Shown here: positions 1 through 13,254 of the stretch, one piece after another
Position numbering within the stretch: position 1 is the stretch's first letter
Layout: every line of letters starts with the position of its first letter
NCBI RefSeq assembly: GCF_964355755.1
Contig: NC_092675.1
Span: forward strand, 30,600,912 to 30,664,911
DNA from: Antedon mediterranea
Lineage: Eukaryota > Animalia > Echinodermata
Direction: 5' to 3'
DNA length: 64,000 bases
Made by a program: the position numbers and the translations under genes
The notes under the pieces: model-generated
Told to the model about the DNA's origin: nothing
The model's database searches: none
What the model saw: the letters and a program-made list of their open reading frames with translations, nothing else

Positions 1-602
1 AAAAGTGACAACATGGTATGAATACATGATAATGTAGCACAATTAAAAACTGTAGCAGACTAGTATTTCCAGCAATAATAAATAATTATAATTTCACACA
101 CAATTTGATGTATTTTTCTTTGTTGTTTTATTGTCTTAATTATGCCAAGCAAAACGAATTTCCATTTTAAAGTGGACCAATACAATTTCTTGAATCTTGA
201 ATCACAAACACGTTATCTAGAATTAATAGGGTAATAAAATACAATAAAACTGTAACATAATAAAATTGTAAAAAGAATACAGGTTTAAAAGGTTCATAAT
301 CATGGAACAAAATAGTGTTTTACATAATATTAAAAATTAAACCATAATTGCAATTAAATGAAGAAAAACAATAACAATTTCAGAATGAAATTAATTAAGT
401 AAACACACAGAGAGAAGCCTTAAAAACTTTATTCAAAATGTTAAACTTTATTTCAATTCAATCAGTTCTTCCGAATTTTCTTTTTGGAATATGATATGAG
501 GTCCTTCACTGAGTTTGAAAGAAACGCAATCGCGTTTCTAAACTATACAGTGAACGCGAAATGTCAAACTTCTTCACCGCTGTATACAAGGAAAACTAAT
601 TC

Positions 603-615
603 AGGTCAAAGGTCA
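603..615 (+). promoter_or_regulatory. Perfect nuclear-receptor DR1 element (AGGTCAaAGGTCA) ~135 bp upstream of the SLC35E1 ATG
   Basis: Exact consensus match. Function is inferred only. Confidence 0.35.
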
Positions 616-749
616 GTTAAAGTCAACAAAACAAAAATTAGAAGAAGAATTGAAACAAGTGGCAACGTAGGCCAGTATCACGTAGGCAGGCATGTACCGC
701 TAACATTACTAAATTAAATTGACGGTTGTTGAAATATAATTTCAACATC

Positions 750-3700
750 ATGCCTCTTCCAAACAAGGCATATAAAGAAGGATGTTGGATTGTTTTTCTT
801 TGTTCTGTGTGGTACACAAGCAGTTCAGGACAAAATGTAATAAATAAGCAACTTCTAGGATATTTTCCGTACCCTGTCACGATATCAATGGTTCACATGC
901 TTGCCGTTGCCTTGTTTCTTATACCGGTATTACGAATTCGAAAAGTAGAAAAACTAAAAATTCATGATAAACGTCGGTTTTTAATTCTTGTTCTTCCATT
1001 GGCTTTTGGAAAGTTTTTTGCATCAATATCTTCTCATCTAAGTATTGCAAGCGTGTCAGTGTCTTTTGCTCATACGGGTAAGTAATATTATTATTATTAA
1101 TTATTATATTAATAAAAAAAAATGGGAAAAAAAAGTGGCAAAAGGCCATCATAAATGTTTTTAATTATACGTTTAATACTAGTTTATTATTATTTTATTG
1201 CTAAATCATGTCAATTTTGTGGTTATTTATGATTTAATCATGAAGAAAATTCTTGAAATGTGATCGATCAAGATTAAATGTGTTTTTAATTTGCAACCGT
1301 ATATGAGTGTTAATGTATTCTATTTGCCACATGTTGTTTAATTTGTTTCGTAAGAATTGATTATAAATATTTAACCGCATATAATTTTATTCACAGCGCA
1401 AGTCTAATGATTTTGTATTAAAAAGCAAACATGAGACAGTATAATTTTATTATTGTAAATTTTCAAATTCAAATTATTATTATATTATATATAAATTAAT
1501 ATTTGTCCACAGAGCGATTAAAATGTCCAAAAGACTTACAAAACCACATTATTAAAATTTCAAATCTCAAAATTGTTTCCAATTATTATTTTTATAAATT
1601 GTTATTGGATAAATTGAATACAGATATAAAAATATTGGCTATTCGATTGTGTTCGACAAAAATGTGAAAGAAACCTTTGAATGGTAAATGCTAATTATTG
1701 CAAATTAATTAAGCTTGTTCATTGGGTATTTACTTAATGTTGTAAAAATAATCCACTAAATACTAAATGAAAAAATACAAAAATCAAAGTCAAAGAATAT
1801 ACGTCCCATGTGTGCGCTAAATGTATTATGATGGCATATGGAAGTCTAGAGGTAGAGAAGTCTATGCCACGTTACAGATTGATTCTTAAATGATTAACTA
1901 CAATGCCATTCAAAATCTACTTTTCTCGTTAGTATATTTCTCATGAAAATAGGTACTGCAGGAATATTAATATATTTTTACTGTTTAGTCAACATTTACT
2001 GGAATAAAGAACATCATTACTTTTAATAACTTTATACAGTAGTTGATTAAATAATGATAATGTGCACCTCACTCAGCAGGAAATCATATAATTCAATTAT
2101 CAATCAAAGGGAGTGCTAATGTGTTCTCCTCTTCCTCATTCTAAAATAGACAATATAATTTGTTTAGTTTGTTGTTGGATACACTCCAGGATTAAAGAAC
2201 CTACTTGATTCTCAGCAAATAACTAAATGAACCGAAAAGACCAATATATCTAGACTGAAAGAAATCCAATATATCTAAACTGAAACAAATCCAATGTACT
2301 AACTGTAGACTGAAACAAATCTAAAGTACTAGAATGAAACACATCCAATGTACTACTGTAGACTGAAAAAAATCCAATGTACTAACTGTAGACTGAAACA
2401 AATCTAAAGTACTAGAATGAAACACATCCAATGTACTACTGTAGACTGAAACAAATCCAATGTACTAACTGTAGACTGAAACAAATCTATAGTACTAGAA
2501 TGAAACACATCCAATGTACTACTGTAGACTGAAACACATCCAATGTACTAACTGTAGACTGAAACAAATCTAAAGTACTAGAATGAAACACATCCAATGT
2601 ACTACTGTAGACTGAAACAAATCTAAAGTACTAGAATGAAACACATCCAATGTACTACTGTAGACTGAAACAAATCCAATGTACTAACTGTAGACTGAAA
2701 CAAATCTAAAGTACTAGAATGAAACACATCCAATGTACTACTGTAGACTGAAAAAAATCCAATATCTAGACTGAAGCAAATCCAATGTACTAAAAGTAGA
2801 CTGAAACAAATCCAATTTACTATCACTGAAACAAACCCAATACAACTAGACTGAAGTAAATTTAATGTACTAGACTGAAAAAAATTTAAAGTACTAGAAT
2901 GAAACACATCCAATGTACTACTGTAGACTGAAAAAAATCCAATATCTAGACTGAAGCAAATTAAATGTACTAAAAGTAGACTGAAACAAACCCAATACAA
3001 CTAGACTGAAGTAAATTTAATGTACTAGACTGAAAAAAATCTAAAGTACTAGACTAAAAAAAAATTCAATGTATTAGACTGAAACATATCCAATGTACTA
3101 CTGTAGATTGAAACAAATTCAGTGTACTAGACTAAAAAAATTAAATGTACTAACCGTAGACTGAAACAAATCCAATGTACTCTATTGTAGAGTGATTCTT
3201 GTCTTAATCCAATGTACTCTATTGTAGAGTGATTCTTGTCTTAATCCAATGTACTCTATTGTAGAGTGATTCTTGTCTTAATCCAATGTACTCTATTGTA
3301 GAGTGATTCTTGTCTTAATCCAATGTACTCTATTGTAGAGTGATTCTTGTCTTAATCCAATGTACTACTGTAGAGTGATTCTTGTCTTAATCTTTGTTTT
3401 CACCATTAGAATAATTCAGTTTATGTGTAATTATATTTTCAGTGAAAGCCATGATGCCAATTTTCACAGTTATTCTATCAAGGTTTATAGTAAATGAAAG
3501 ACCAAGTAACAAGGTATAGTTTGATTTCTCAATTTAAATACACAATGTAAAGTAAAAAAGTAGATAAATAGATTCAGTGTATATATTGTACCTGATTAAA
3601 CTGACTAACTTTTGCCCTCTGAGGGGAGATTGAACATAAAACAAATCAACAAGTTTTAATGTACTTTCAAGACAGTGGTATTGTCGTCGGTGTGCCATGC

Positions 3701-6666
3701 CCTTTTGCCCTCTGAGTGGTATTGTCAGTGTGCCATGCCCTTTTGCCCTCTGAGTGGTATTGTCAGTGTGCCATGCCCTTTTGCCCTTTTGCCCTCTGAG
3801 TGGTATTGTCGGTGTGCCATGCCCTTTTGCCTTTTGCCCTCTGAGGGGTATTGTCGGTGTGCCATGCCCTTTTGCCCTCTTAGTGGTATTGTCGGTGTGC
3901 CATGCCCTTTTGCCCTTTTGCCCTCTTAGTGGTATTGTCGGTGTGCCATGCCCTTTTGCCCTCTGAGTGGTATTGTCGGTGTGCCATGCCCTTTTGCCCT
4001 CTGAGTGGTATTGTCGGTGTGCCATGCCCTTTTGCCCTCTGAGTGGTATTGTCGGTGTGCCATGCCCTTTTGCCCTTTTGCCCTCTGAGTGGTATTGTCG
4101 GTGTGCCATGCCCTTTTTGAGACGTTGAAGCATTAAGACATTTTTGCTGTAGCGCAAAGCCAAGTATAATCATAATCACCACCAATCAATAAGTTTGAAT
4201 ATTTCTGGCAGAAAAATGTTCAAAATCTTCTCAAGAAAATTTAATAAAATAGTAATTGGGGTTTATTCTCTCGAAAAATATTATATCATTCAATTTGCCA
4301 TTTCAAATTACAGTACAATAAATTCAATAAAAAGAGGTACAAAAGTAAATCAATGAGGAATATCCAGACCAAGGATTTTCTATTCAATTTTATATTGTTA
4401 ACTTTGATGTTTCTGTTATATATTTGGCCTCAGTCACCATATTGTGTGTTACATTGTTCTCTATCTTCTTTCACTAGAGGTGAATCATGTGGAAATTTAT
4501 ATTTTGATTAAACATCTGTATAAACTACCAAACTAGTTTAACAAAAAAGTGTGATGTGCCCAAATATGCTAGTGATATGCCCAAATATGGTAGTGATATC
4601 ACATCACAAACTGGATGCCACACTGAATGAAATGCACCATCAGTATAAAGCTGATTTTAATGAATAAATAAAATAAATAAATTGATAACTGTATTATTTT
4701 GTTGTAGGTGTACATGGCCTTAGCTACAATAATTGTTGGTGTTTTGATAGCAACAGTCACAGAATTGACGTTTAATTACGTAGGTGGTGCTTTTGCATTA
4801 ATAGCAACTATAACATTTGCTCTTCAAAATGTTTATACAAAAAAGGTGAGTTGATAATTCTTTGATTTTTTAATAGGTTTGTAAAACCATATTATGTCTA
4901 AAATAGTAAGAGATACCATCTGTGTGCAGTTTTCTGCCAATTTTGCTGGTGGTTTTTTGCAGATTGAGTTTATTGCCAAATAACATTGCAGTGTTCAAAG
5001 TCTCTTTTTATCTTAAAATTTCCTTTTAAGTGTATATACCCATCCATCCTCTTTATTTTTTCTACGGCATTTTCCTTTATTGCAATCCACTAAGGCACCA
5101 GCTGTCTGCCTCATATTGTTAATTTATCTCCAAGTACTCTAATTTTCTCTGACGAAGGAATTGTGTTCTCAGAAAACTTGGCACATTTTTCTACAATTTT
5201 TACTTTACCATTTTAATTCATCTTTTTACTTATTTTAGTATTATGATAATAATAATAGAATTTCAAAATCTAGCTTTTAAATTCCTGTTTTTTCTGAATG
5301 AATGTTTTGTTTGTAGGCAATAGGAGACCTGTACATCCATCATCTGAGGCTTTTGTTGATTATTGGACAGCTTGCGTCTCTCATGTTGTTTCCTATCTGG
5401 GTGTATGTTGATCTTACACGCATTCTCAACAATAAGGAATTAGTAAGCATTTATATTTATTTTATAGTAGAATAGAGAAGAATATGTATTTGAAGAATGA
5501 GCATTGGTGTTTGTTAATCAAAATAATGGTAGGCTTATATAATGCCTAATACAATGTTTAAAGTGCTTTTTACACACAAAATGATCCATAAATATCCAAA
5601 AAATGAAAATAGCAGATGAACCATTTACATCACTCCGTTCTTAAGCACTTACAAAATAGCAGATGAACCATTTACATCACTCCGTTCTCAAGCACTTACA
5701 GGAAACATTACCATTATTATTATTCTGATATATTCTTTGGTTTAAATTAAACAAACGAATACATATTATATATTATAAGTAATAATAAATAATTTTTTTT
5801 CACCATTTTTTTTTCAGATAGAAAAGTTGAATTGGCCTAGGACATTATTGTTACTTTTTACGAGTGGCTTTTTGAATTTCTTGCAAAATATATTTGCATT
5901 TAGTGTTCTGTCACTTACAAGTCCACTAAGCTATTCAATCGCTAATGCTTCAAAACGAATTGTTATTATTACAAGTTCGCTGTTGTTTTTACAAAATCCT
6001 GTCACACCTATGAACGTTTTTGGAATGGGAACAGCAATTTTAGGCGTCCTAGCTTATAATAAGGTATGTGTACAGTACTTATCAATATGTATTTGAAATA
6101 TTTTGAAAGGTTTTATTTCAAATTCATTCACTGAATTCATTATGCAGTCAGTGGACTTGACGACAGTAAACCCTCATTCACACTGAACTTTTTTAACCAA
6201 GCGACTGTTCAGTTTGAGTGGAAATAGTTTAATGTGAACACTTAATATAATAATGAATATTTAACCCAGCATTAACCATCAGAGTCCAGTGTAAATGAGG
6301 CCTAAATCTCAGTGCGAATGAGGATTGAATTTACTGTGCAAATGAGGCTCAAATTCCACTGAAAATGCAGCTTAAATTCCAGTGTGCATGAGGATTGAAT
6401 TTACTGTGCGAATTAGGTTTAATTCCAATACAAATGCAGCCTAAAGGTCATTGCAAAGTAGGCATGAATTCATGTGCGAATGAGACTCTTTGAAATTGTT
6501 TTAAATAAACTAAATCATTGTTATCTTTTGGCAGGCCAAATACGATGACCGATGTAGTAAACAAACGTTACCAGTATATACCAGTGACGCAGACTTGGTG
6601 CATATGAAATCATATAGGATGCGGGATGAACATGTATCTAATGGCCACCCCAATTATAATGTATAG
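750..6666 (+). CDS. SLC35E1: Solute carrier family 35 member E1 (TPT/nucleotide-sugar transporter family), 6 coding exons, ~346 aa
   Basis: Exons 750-1077, 3443-3513, 4708-4845, 5317-5442, 5818-6063 and 6535-6666 have GT-AG boundaries and join in frame. Motifs: [80 protein letters not shown]. Ends ...YNV*. Confidence 0.93.
2258..3170. repeat. Compound minisatellite with ~25-29-bp subunits in an ~83-bp higher-order unit
   Basis: Recurring tagactgaaacaaatccaatgtact(a)actg / ctaaagtactagaatgaaacacatc. The anchor ct(a/t)aagtact-like word occurs at 2321, 2404 and 2487. Confidence 0.9.
3171..3392. repeat. 37-bp tandem repeat, 6 copies
   Basis: Unit tccaatgtactctattgtagagtgattcttgtcttaa, near-identical copies. 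Confidence 0.95.
3674..4117. repeat. ~38-bp minisatellite (~11 copies) with variable extra cccttttg modules
   Basis: Unit agtggtattgtcggtgtgccatgcccttttgccctctg. It accounts for the repetitive ORFs at 3534-4185. Confidence 0.95.
6171..6487. mobile_element. Small inverted-repeat element whose right end continues as degenerate ~22-bp tandem repeats
   Basis: cctcattcacactg (~6172) is the reverse complement of cagtgtaaatgagg (~6287). The latter word recurs with variation to ~6487. Confidence 0.55.
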
Positions 6667-7051
6667 CAAATAGTTACGCCACATGTTCAGTTCATGCATA
6701 GGGTAGTCCCGTATTGTCTAGATTGATCTTAATTCTCAATACATGCATAGGGCACTTCCTTATTGTCCAGATTGATTTTAAACAGTAAATAATATATGAT
6801 TATGTACATTAAATCTATTCACTGTCAAATTGCAATTTTTATATTTATTGTTATATATTTATTATGCAATAATAACGTAAACCAAGTACTGCATACGTTT
6901 TAGTAACCTCAACTTAACTTAATATTTATAAATTAGGACCACTCTAAACTCTTCCAGGTAAAGTGTACTGATAATTACTAAGTATTATAATCAGGTTTCA
7001 TCTGTGGTTTTGTCAGGCTGTACTAATTTGTATTCTGTTCTAAACCTCTTT

Positions 7052-7233
7052 AGCTCTGTCTACACTATCAAACTTTATGTGACAACAAAATGTGATGTGC
7101 CCATATATGGACATGATGATGTCATATCACTACCATATTTGGGCACATCACTACCATGTTTGGGCACATCACTACCATATTTGGGTGCATCACACTTTTT
7201 TGTCACATAAAGTTTGATAGTGTAGACAGAGCT
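7052..7233. mobile_element. MITE, PIF/Harbinger-like (family A)
   Basis: Long TIR agctctgtctacactatcaaactttatgtgaca...tgtcacataaagtttgatagtgtagacagagct, T/A-rich flanks, many related copies in the window. Confidence 0.85.
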
Positions 7234-9227
7234 TTTATAGACTGGTGGCGTTATAAACTAAGTCTGCTGAGTTTGTAACAGTGTATAATGTTGTATTCAG
7301 TGCCCCAATGAAAACCAGTTTAAATGTTTGGACTATACCCTGGGTAAAGAAATATAATAATAATAATAACTTAATTCTCCGATCACCTTTACCATATTTG
7401 GTATTTTACGTGTTTCATTCATGTTTGTTTTATCATGATTTCTTAAGTCATTTTACTTCATTTTAGAATGCAGTTTCTTATTGTTTATATTTAGGTTTTT
7501 TCTTTGTGTTTTCGTTATGGTATACAAATGTCTTTACTTGTTTACTTGATTCCCAGGATATCCTGGGTATAGAAGCCAAGCATACAGTGCTTATAGGCTT
7601 CTCAATGAAAATAATGTTTTAACATACGGCGCAAATTTTAGTGGGTGGTCAGCCCATTTCTCAATTGCAGCCTTGAAAGAATTTAACGATTTTGAATTTA
7701 CATCGTCCTCAGACAGTGAATTCCATGATCTGGTTACTCTTCTTGAAAAAGCGTTTCTCCTTGGAAGAAAAATGATATTTACTTAAGATTGTTTTTGAGG
7801 TATAAAACAATCAAGGGATGCTACTTATTTTATTTACTTTTAGGTATTTTTTTAATGTTTCATTAATAATATATAAATAATCTAGAATATTACATAAGTT
7901 ATTAACTGTGGAAACTGATCTCATAGTAATAATTATATATAATTAAACACGATTTACAGACATTTTACCTTAAATGTATATAAAAACTGGTTTGCTGCTG
8001 TACTATGTGTACTAAAGTGTGTACTTAAATGTGTACTAATATGATATATAAATGAGCTGTCTATATTATTGTCAATGTATGTTAAGAGATTTTAGACAAG
8101 GTTTAAAAAATGATTATATAGTAATATATTTGCTATGGATTGTAATTTTTCTGTAAGAAATTATACTGTAAATATAAATTGAATATTTTTATGTAATTTA
8201 AGTCTAACCCACCAAGATACTGTAATTTATATTTAGTCTACCTATCTTGCTAATATTTAGCCTAGCTAGCTTGCTTATAATATTTAGCCTACCTATCTTG
8301 CTAATATTTAAAGGTAGTTAGGCTAATGGCTCTAAAGACTCTTGAAACGACTGTAACAATTTATTTTCAGGGAATTCCAGTATATTTTTCTTTTTAGTTT
8401 GTAATAATTACTTTTGGTGTAGTGGTATTTAATTGATCTAAGCTAAATCGGTGCTTTTGGCAGGTTCTGTTTATTTATTAAAGCTATGGTGTAGACTGGT
8501 AAAATTATAATTAAACTATTTATTAACGAAATGCAGTATTGTGCGTACATACCATATCTTAAAGTAAGAGTAGGCCTACTTGAATTTGTTATACAAATTC
8601 GGATAAACTAAACTAATAAACATAAATTCGGCGATCAATTCGAAATCTACTCTTTGCAATGCAAACAAAATTGGCAACCAACATGAGCTCAGGAATGTTT
8701 GAACCGCGGCGGGACGAATAGATTTGCCAGTGGAAACTAGATAATTGATTGTAATTATGAGGTTCTAAGATGTCCGGTACTCACTCACGTACTGGTTACT
8801 GAATTGAAACTTATTTGGAAAATATACGACAAACCAAGCGTAATATTTTACAAAATACACATACAAAAATAAAACGGTGAGACACGACAGACAGACAGAC
8901 AGACAAGTCAAGTTCAACCTGACAAACTACAATAGAAAATATTAATTGATTTATTATATTCTGTCAATTGGATGCGGACCTGTCTGACAAATTTGTTTTA
9001 TTGTATTCTGTCAAATTGGGTCTGTCTAACAAATTATTTCTGTCGATCGGATGTGTGACCTGTCTGAAAAATTATCTGTTTTATTGTATTGTCAAATTGG
9101 ATCTGTATAACAAATTATTTAATTTAGTGTAAATGATGATGTTTCCAACTCGTCGGAATGTTGTGTTTGTAGTAATTACAGTACGTTTACAACTCGGATT
9201 TGTGGCGTATAAAATATAAATGTGTTA

Positions 9228-9413
9228 AGGCCAGCAGTTTACACAGACGAACGGTAACGGTAATACAAATATTATAGAATCTATGTTATTCCTTATGACC
9301 ATTTAGACAAAGCGGAGTAGACTGACGGGTTCCGCTCAATATAGATACATATTCTACGTGGGATAAGCTACGCGGCAAGTTCCGCTTACCGTTATCGCTC
9401 GTCTGTTTGGCCT
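9228..9413. mobile_element. MITE, PIF/Harbinger-like, imperfect TIRs
   Basis: aggcca..cagacgaacggtaacggtaa versus ttaccgttatcgctcgtctg..tggcct, with tta on both flanks. Confidence 0.55.
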
Positions 9414-10271
9414 TTAGTTGGGAATATCTTGTGAGTATTTCCATCTCCGCAAAACGCATCGATACGTCGCGTCGTCTAATATACAATTACACTTCATTCA
9501 CGAAACCGTGATTTAGAGATGATAATTAAGAATACATTAATCGGCCATACTCGTAATATTAATCTACTTTTTCATTATGTCCAACCAAGGCCTTTTATTC
9601 AGAAACATTAATATGTATATCCACGCACACTCTAGTAACATTGAATGATAATTAATGCCAACGTTTGTTAATATATCCAACTGATACAATGAGAATCTGA
9701 TAGATTCTTCTCACGAGTTGGCTTGAGAAAAGATGTTTTTAAGGTACTTAAAACTTTAGACTATATCAGGTGACTTGCATATCATCGCCGTCGTAAATGC
9801 ATTGTCACGACATGAGGGTAGGCCTACATTTATTAAGTATGATACTTTAACTTCCTGTTTTATACAAAAGATCGTTGTTCGGTGGAAAACAAGAATTTAC
9901 TAAATCATGCAAGCAGAACTAAAGCTCTTTCAAAGCAGTCATTTTCGTCATTTCTTTCTTGCGTACAAATTTGTGAACAAAAGAGTCAATGACGTTTGTA
10001 TCTATTTTTTCAAAAACTGAAAAAAAAGTTATTGAACCGAGAAAATAATCAGGTATTATTTCCATTTTGGATGATTTTAGTGAAGCGGATCGTGGTGTTA
10101 GCTGGATATAGTTACGCATAGCAACAGTCAATGATGAAACAACACTAACCATTTAATATACAGCTGGGATTATACTTTCTAATTGGTGTTACGTTGATTT
10201 CTGTTTCATTGGATTCTCAAATTTGTGATACTAATTGTGTAATTGACTTCTGATGTGGTTGTGACTGTATT

Positions 10272-11591
10272 ATGGGTGCAGATATTAAATTGTTACCAGA
10301 GCTACATGCTGCTATATGGACAGGACAGTATCAAGATGTGCGTACTATCATTGATACTGGGTGTGACGTCAACACCAGAGACCCGCAAAAACGAACCGCT
10401 TTGATAACTTGTTGTTTTATCGAACAAGAAGATTGGGCAGTCGGCATTGCTAGAATGCTGTTAGAAAAAGAAGCTAAGATAGGCCTAACGGATCGCAATG
10501 GTAGAAATGCTTTAATCCATGCTTGTATTTATCAACGCAACAAATTAATTTCACTTTTTCTGAAAGCTATTGATTATGACTTGGACCATCGTGATTGTTA
10601 TGGAAACACGGCGTTGTTTTACGCGGCATCTTGTGGAAATGTCAAAATTACAACTGCGCTGATTGAGAAGATGTTAACATTCAAATTAATGATTGATCAA
10701 TTAAACAAGTGGGGAATGAGTGCCTTAATGGAAGCCAGTCGACAAGGGCATACACATTGCTGCGATATTTTATTTACTAAAGGAGAAGCTTCTAAGGATC
10801 TTCGAGATTCGGTTTGTGGAAAAACGGCGGGAGAGTGGTTACTAGAGCACAAACGTCTTCAACAACTCCCCACTGAACTTTTTATTCCTCGTCGAAACCT
10901 TAGTAGACGTACGCACCAAAGTACTATTCATTCTAAAACTTTTCCCACCATGTTAATTAGATCAGAAACTCAAATAGAGATGAAAACTTTTAGTTACGAC
11001 GGATTAAATCCACGAGAGGTAAGACCAAGTACCGGTGTGCGTCGCCACACTGCACGCAAAGTAAGCAATCGAGTTAGAATGGAATACGTGCAAAGAAATT
11101 GGATTCAAGAAGCTATAGGTGATAACATTATTTCTACAAGATTTAAAACGTGTCTTTACACCACGCCTACTGATGACATCACTGAGATGCCGCTGGCATT
11201 ACCACGAATTAACAACTGCTGGAGACAAGATTTTGGAAAGTTATGTAAACGATTTGAGGTTGTAGTTTCCAGTTCATATAAAAGGAAAGCAATCCCACGG
11301 ACTGTTGAATCACTAACACCACCACCAGACCCTCCGCGACTGATAAGAAGACATACCTCTCACTCATTGAATGAGTTCATTAAAAGCAACCGAAGAAATG
11401 TCAGCGAATCAGCAGAAACATCAACAAAAGTTTCGTCTAAAAGCCGGTCTGAATTTGGATCAAATCACCAGCTAAAATCCAAACGGGAGGACGACTCAAC
11501 GTCGGGGGCAGCGCGGAAGCTGATGAGTGTTGTCCGGCGTCGAAATTTAAGAGAAACAAACAATAGTACAATAAATAATACAAATAAATAG
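10272..11591 (+). CDS. Intronless ankyrin-repeat protein, ANKRD63/ANKRD34-like, 439 aa
   Basis: About 5 N-terminal ankyrin repeats (KRTALITCC, GRNALIHAC, GNTALFYAASCG, GMSALMEASRQGH) followed by a basic S/T/R-rich, probably disordered tail. Family assignment is from recalled similarity to ANKRD63. Confidence 0.85.
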   Translation: MGADIKLLPELHAAIWTGQYQDVRTIIDTGCDVNTRDPQKRTALITCCFIEQEDWAVGIARMLLEKEAKIGLTDRNGRNALIHACIYQRNKLISLFLKAIDYDLDHRDCYGNTALFYAASCGNVKITTALIEKMLTFKLMIDQLNKWGMSALMEASRQGHTHCCDILFTKGEASKDLRDSVCGKTAGEWLLEHKRLQQLPTELFIPRRNLSRRTHQSTIHSKTFPTMLIRSETQIEMKTFSYDGLNPREVRPSTGVRRHTARKVSNRVRMEYVQRNWIQEAIGDNIISTRFKTCLYTTPTDDITEMPLALPRINNCWRQDFGKLCKRFEVVVSSSYKRKAIPRTVESLTPPPDPPRLIRRHTSHSLNEFIKSNRRNVSESAETSTKVSSKSRSEFGSNHQLKSKREDDSTSGAARKLMSVVRRRNLRETNNSTINNTNK

Positions 11592-13254
11592 AGATTCGAC
11601 TACAAAAAGAAGAGTTACATTTTCGCAACAAACAAGGAATGAAATGTACTGTAAAAAGAGAGTAAAAGCATCAATGAGCAAAGAAAAAAAGACAAAGTCA
11701 CAAATGGAAAAGCAGCCTCAGGATGATCCTTGAAACCTTTGGAATTTTCTTTTAAGTCCTCAACATAAAAATGTACATAATGTAATGTACATGATTATCT
11801 GCACAAAATAAAATTAATATTTATAATTTTTAATCATACAAACAAAATTTGATTTGTTAATTTGTTTATTATTTTTGGATTATTTATATTACAATATCGT
11901 AGAAAAAGTTGTATTGATTATATTAAAATTATGATAAATTATTATTTAAGTTTTGCAATGTAGATTGATATATATACAAATTCAAAATGGATATCGTAAA
12001 CTTACTTGTCATTGAGGTAATGTTTCTTTAGAGCTAACTTGAAGGAATTATACGAGGTAGGCCTACCGTAATAAACCAACACACAAGTTGGTCGGCAAAA
12101 AACAACGACGAAGAGATAAACATAATTTTTTTTCTGATGAAAACATTTTTGAACGATAAAAATAATAAAATTAAGTTTAATAGGCCTATTAATAAATCGG
12201 ACGTCACGATCAATAAGTTCTTTTTCTAGAATGAACTTGTTTTTCTTTTGTTTTCTTTATAAAAATATACATTTGTCATTCATTTTCCATTTATAGTTTC
12301 GTATACGGGGCTTTATTGTGTGAGATCATGAATACTGCATCCCCCCAAAAAAATAAAAACAGATCAAACCACAGCATCATCATCATTTGGAGCAGCAGCA
12401 GCAGCTTGCATGCACAACAGAGAGAGAGAGTGACTTATGTAGTTTGTCGCCCTCTACAGTCTCAAACTTTTGAAAAATGAAATGTGTATGGTGCTGCTGA
12501 AAACTTGTGCAATATTGTGAAAAAAGGCGTACATAATTCAGTATAAACCTGCATGATTGTACATGGTAGATTATATACTATTACAAATACTTATTTTATA
12601 TTAATTAAGCCCAGGCCAAATACTAAATAGTAGTACATAGACTAGGCCTAGGCCACAGACAGACAGAGGCCTACCTAGCAGGCCTACTAGGCTAGGCTAA
12701 CCTACCTTTTTAGTCTTCTAGGGGGCCCTAGTCTAGGCTAACACCGCCTGCATACCTAGCCTACCCCAAAATAGGCCTAGAGCTAGAACTAGTTAGAGCT
12801 CTTATAGGCCAGGCCTAAATAGGGATGTGTATGATAATTCAAGGTAAGGCAGCTATATCAAATTTGTCTCACCCTGTCTTGGAAGAAAATAAAAATAAAA
12901 TTGTACATAACATAGAGTAGAGAGCCTAGAGGCTAGGCCTACACAAGAAGGAAAGTATAGCAATTTAAAATATGCGCGTTTAAAATATTAGGCCTCTCTA
13001 GACTAGGAGGCCTGAGCTTAATAAAACTGTTATGCAATTAATTAAAAATACTTTCGATTTCTTTCGCAAAAGCAGTAAATTGATTTTCTTCTAACCTCAG
13101 ACCCCCATCTCTTTCCGTCTAATTTCGGTTGTCTCTGGAAAACAATGTATATTTTTGTATTTGTATATATTGTTATGATTTTGTCATGTTGTACCATATT
13201 GCATAATTTGATTTGTTGATGTTTTACAGCTAGCCTCGAAATTAAACGGAAAAG

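Noticed and set aside
484-717. 77-aa ORF upstream of SLC35E1
   Set aside because: Non-ATG start, no recognisable motif, and it overlaps the probable promoter/5' UTR.
2623-3000. 125-aa minus-strand ORF
   Set aside because: It lies wholly within a minisatellite and gives a repetitive peptide.
3534-4185. 209-aa and overlapping ORFs
   Set aside because: They are translations of the 38-bp minisatellite inside an SLC35E1 intron.
5091-5110. taaggcaccagctgtctgcc resembling mature miR-124
   Set aside because: Only 15 of 20 positions match, and there is no complementary 5' arm for a pre-miRNA hairpin.
11520-11550. CTGATGA...GAAA hammerhead-like spacing
   Set aside because: It lies inside the ankyrin ORF, stem II is weak, and there is no stem III or cleavage triplet.
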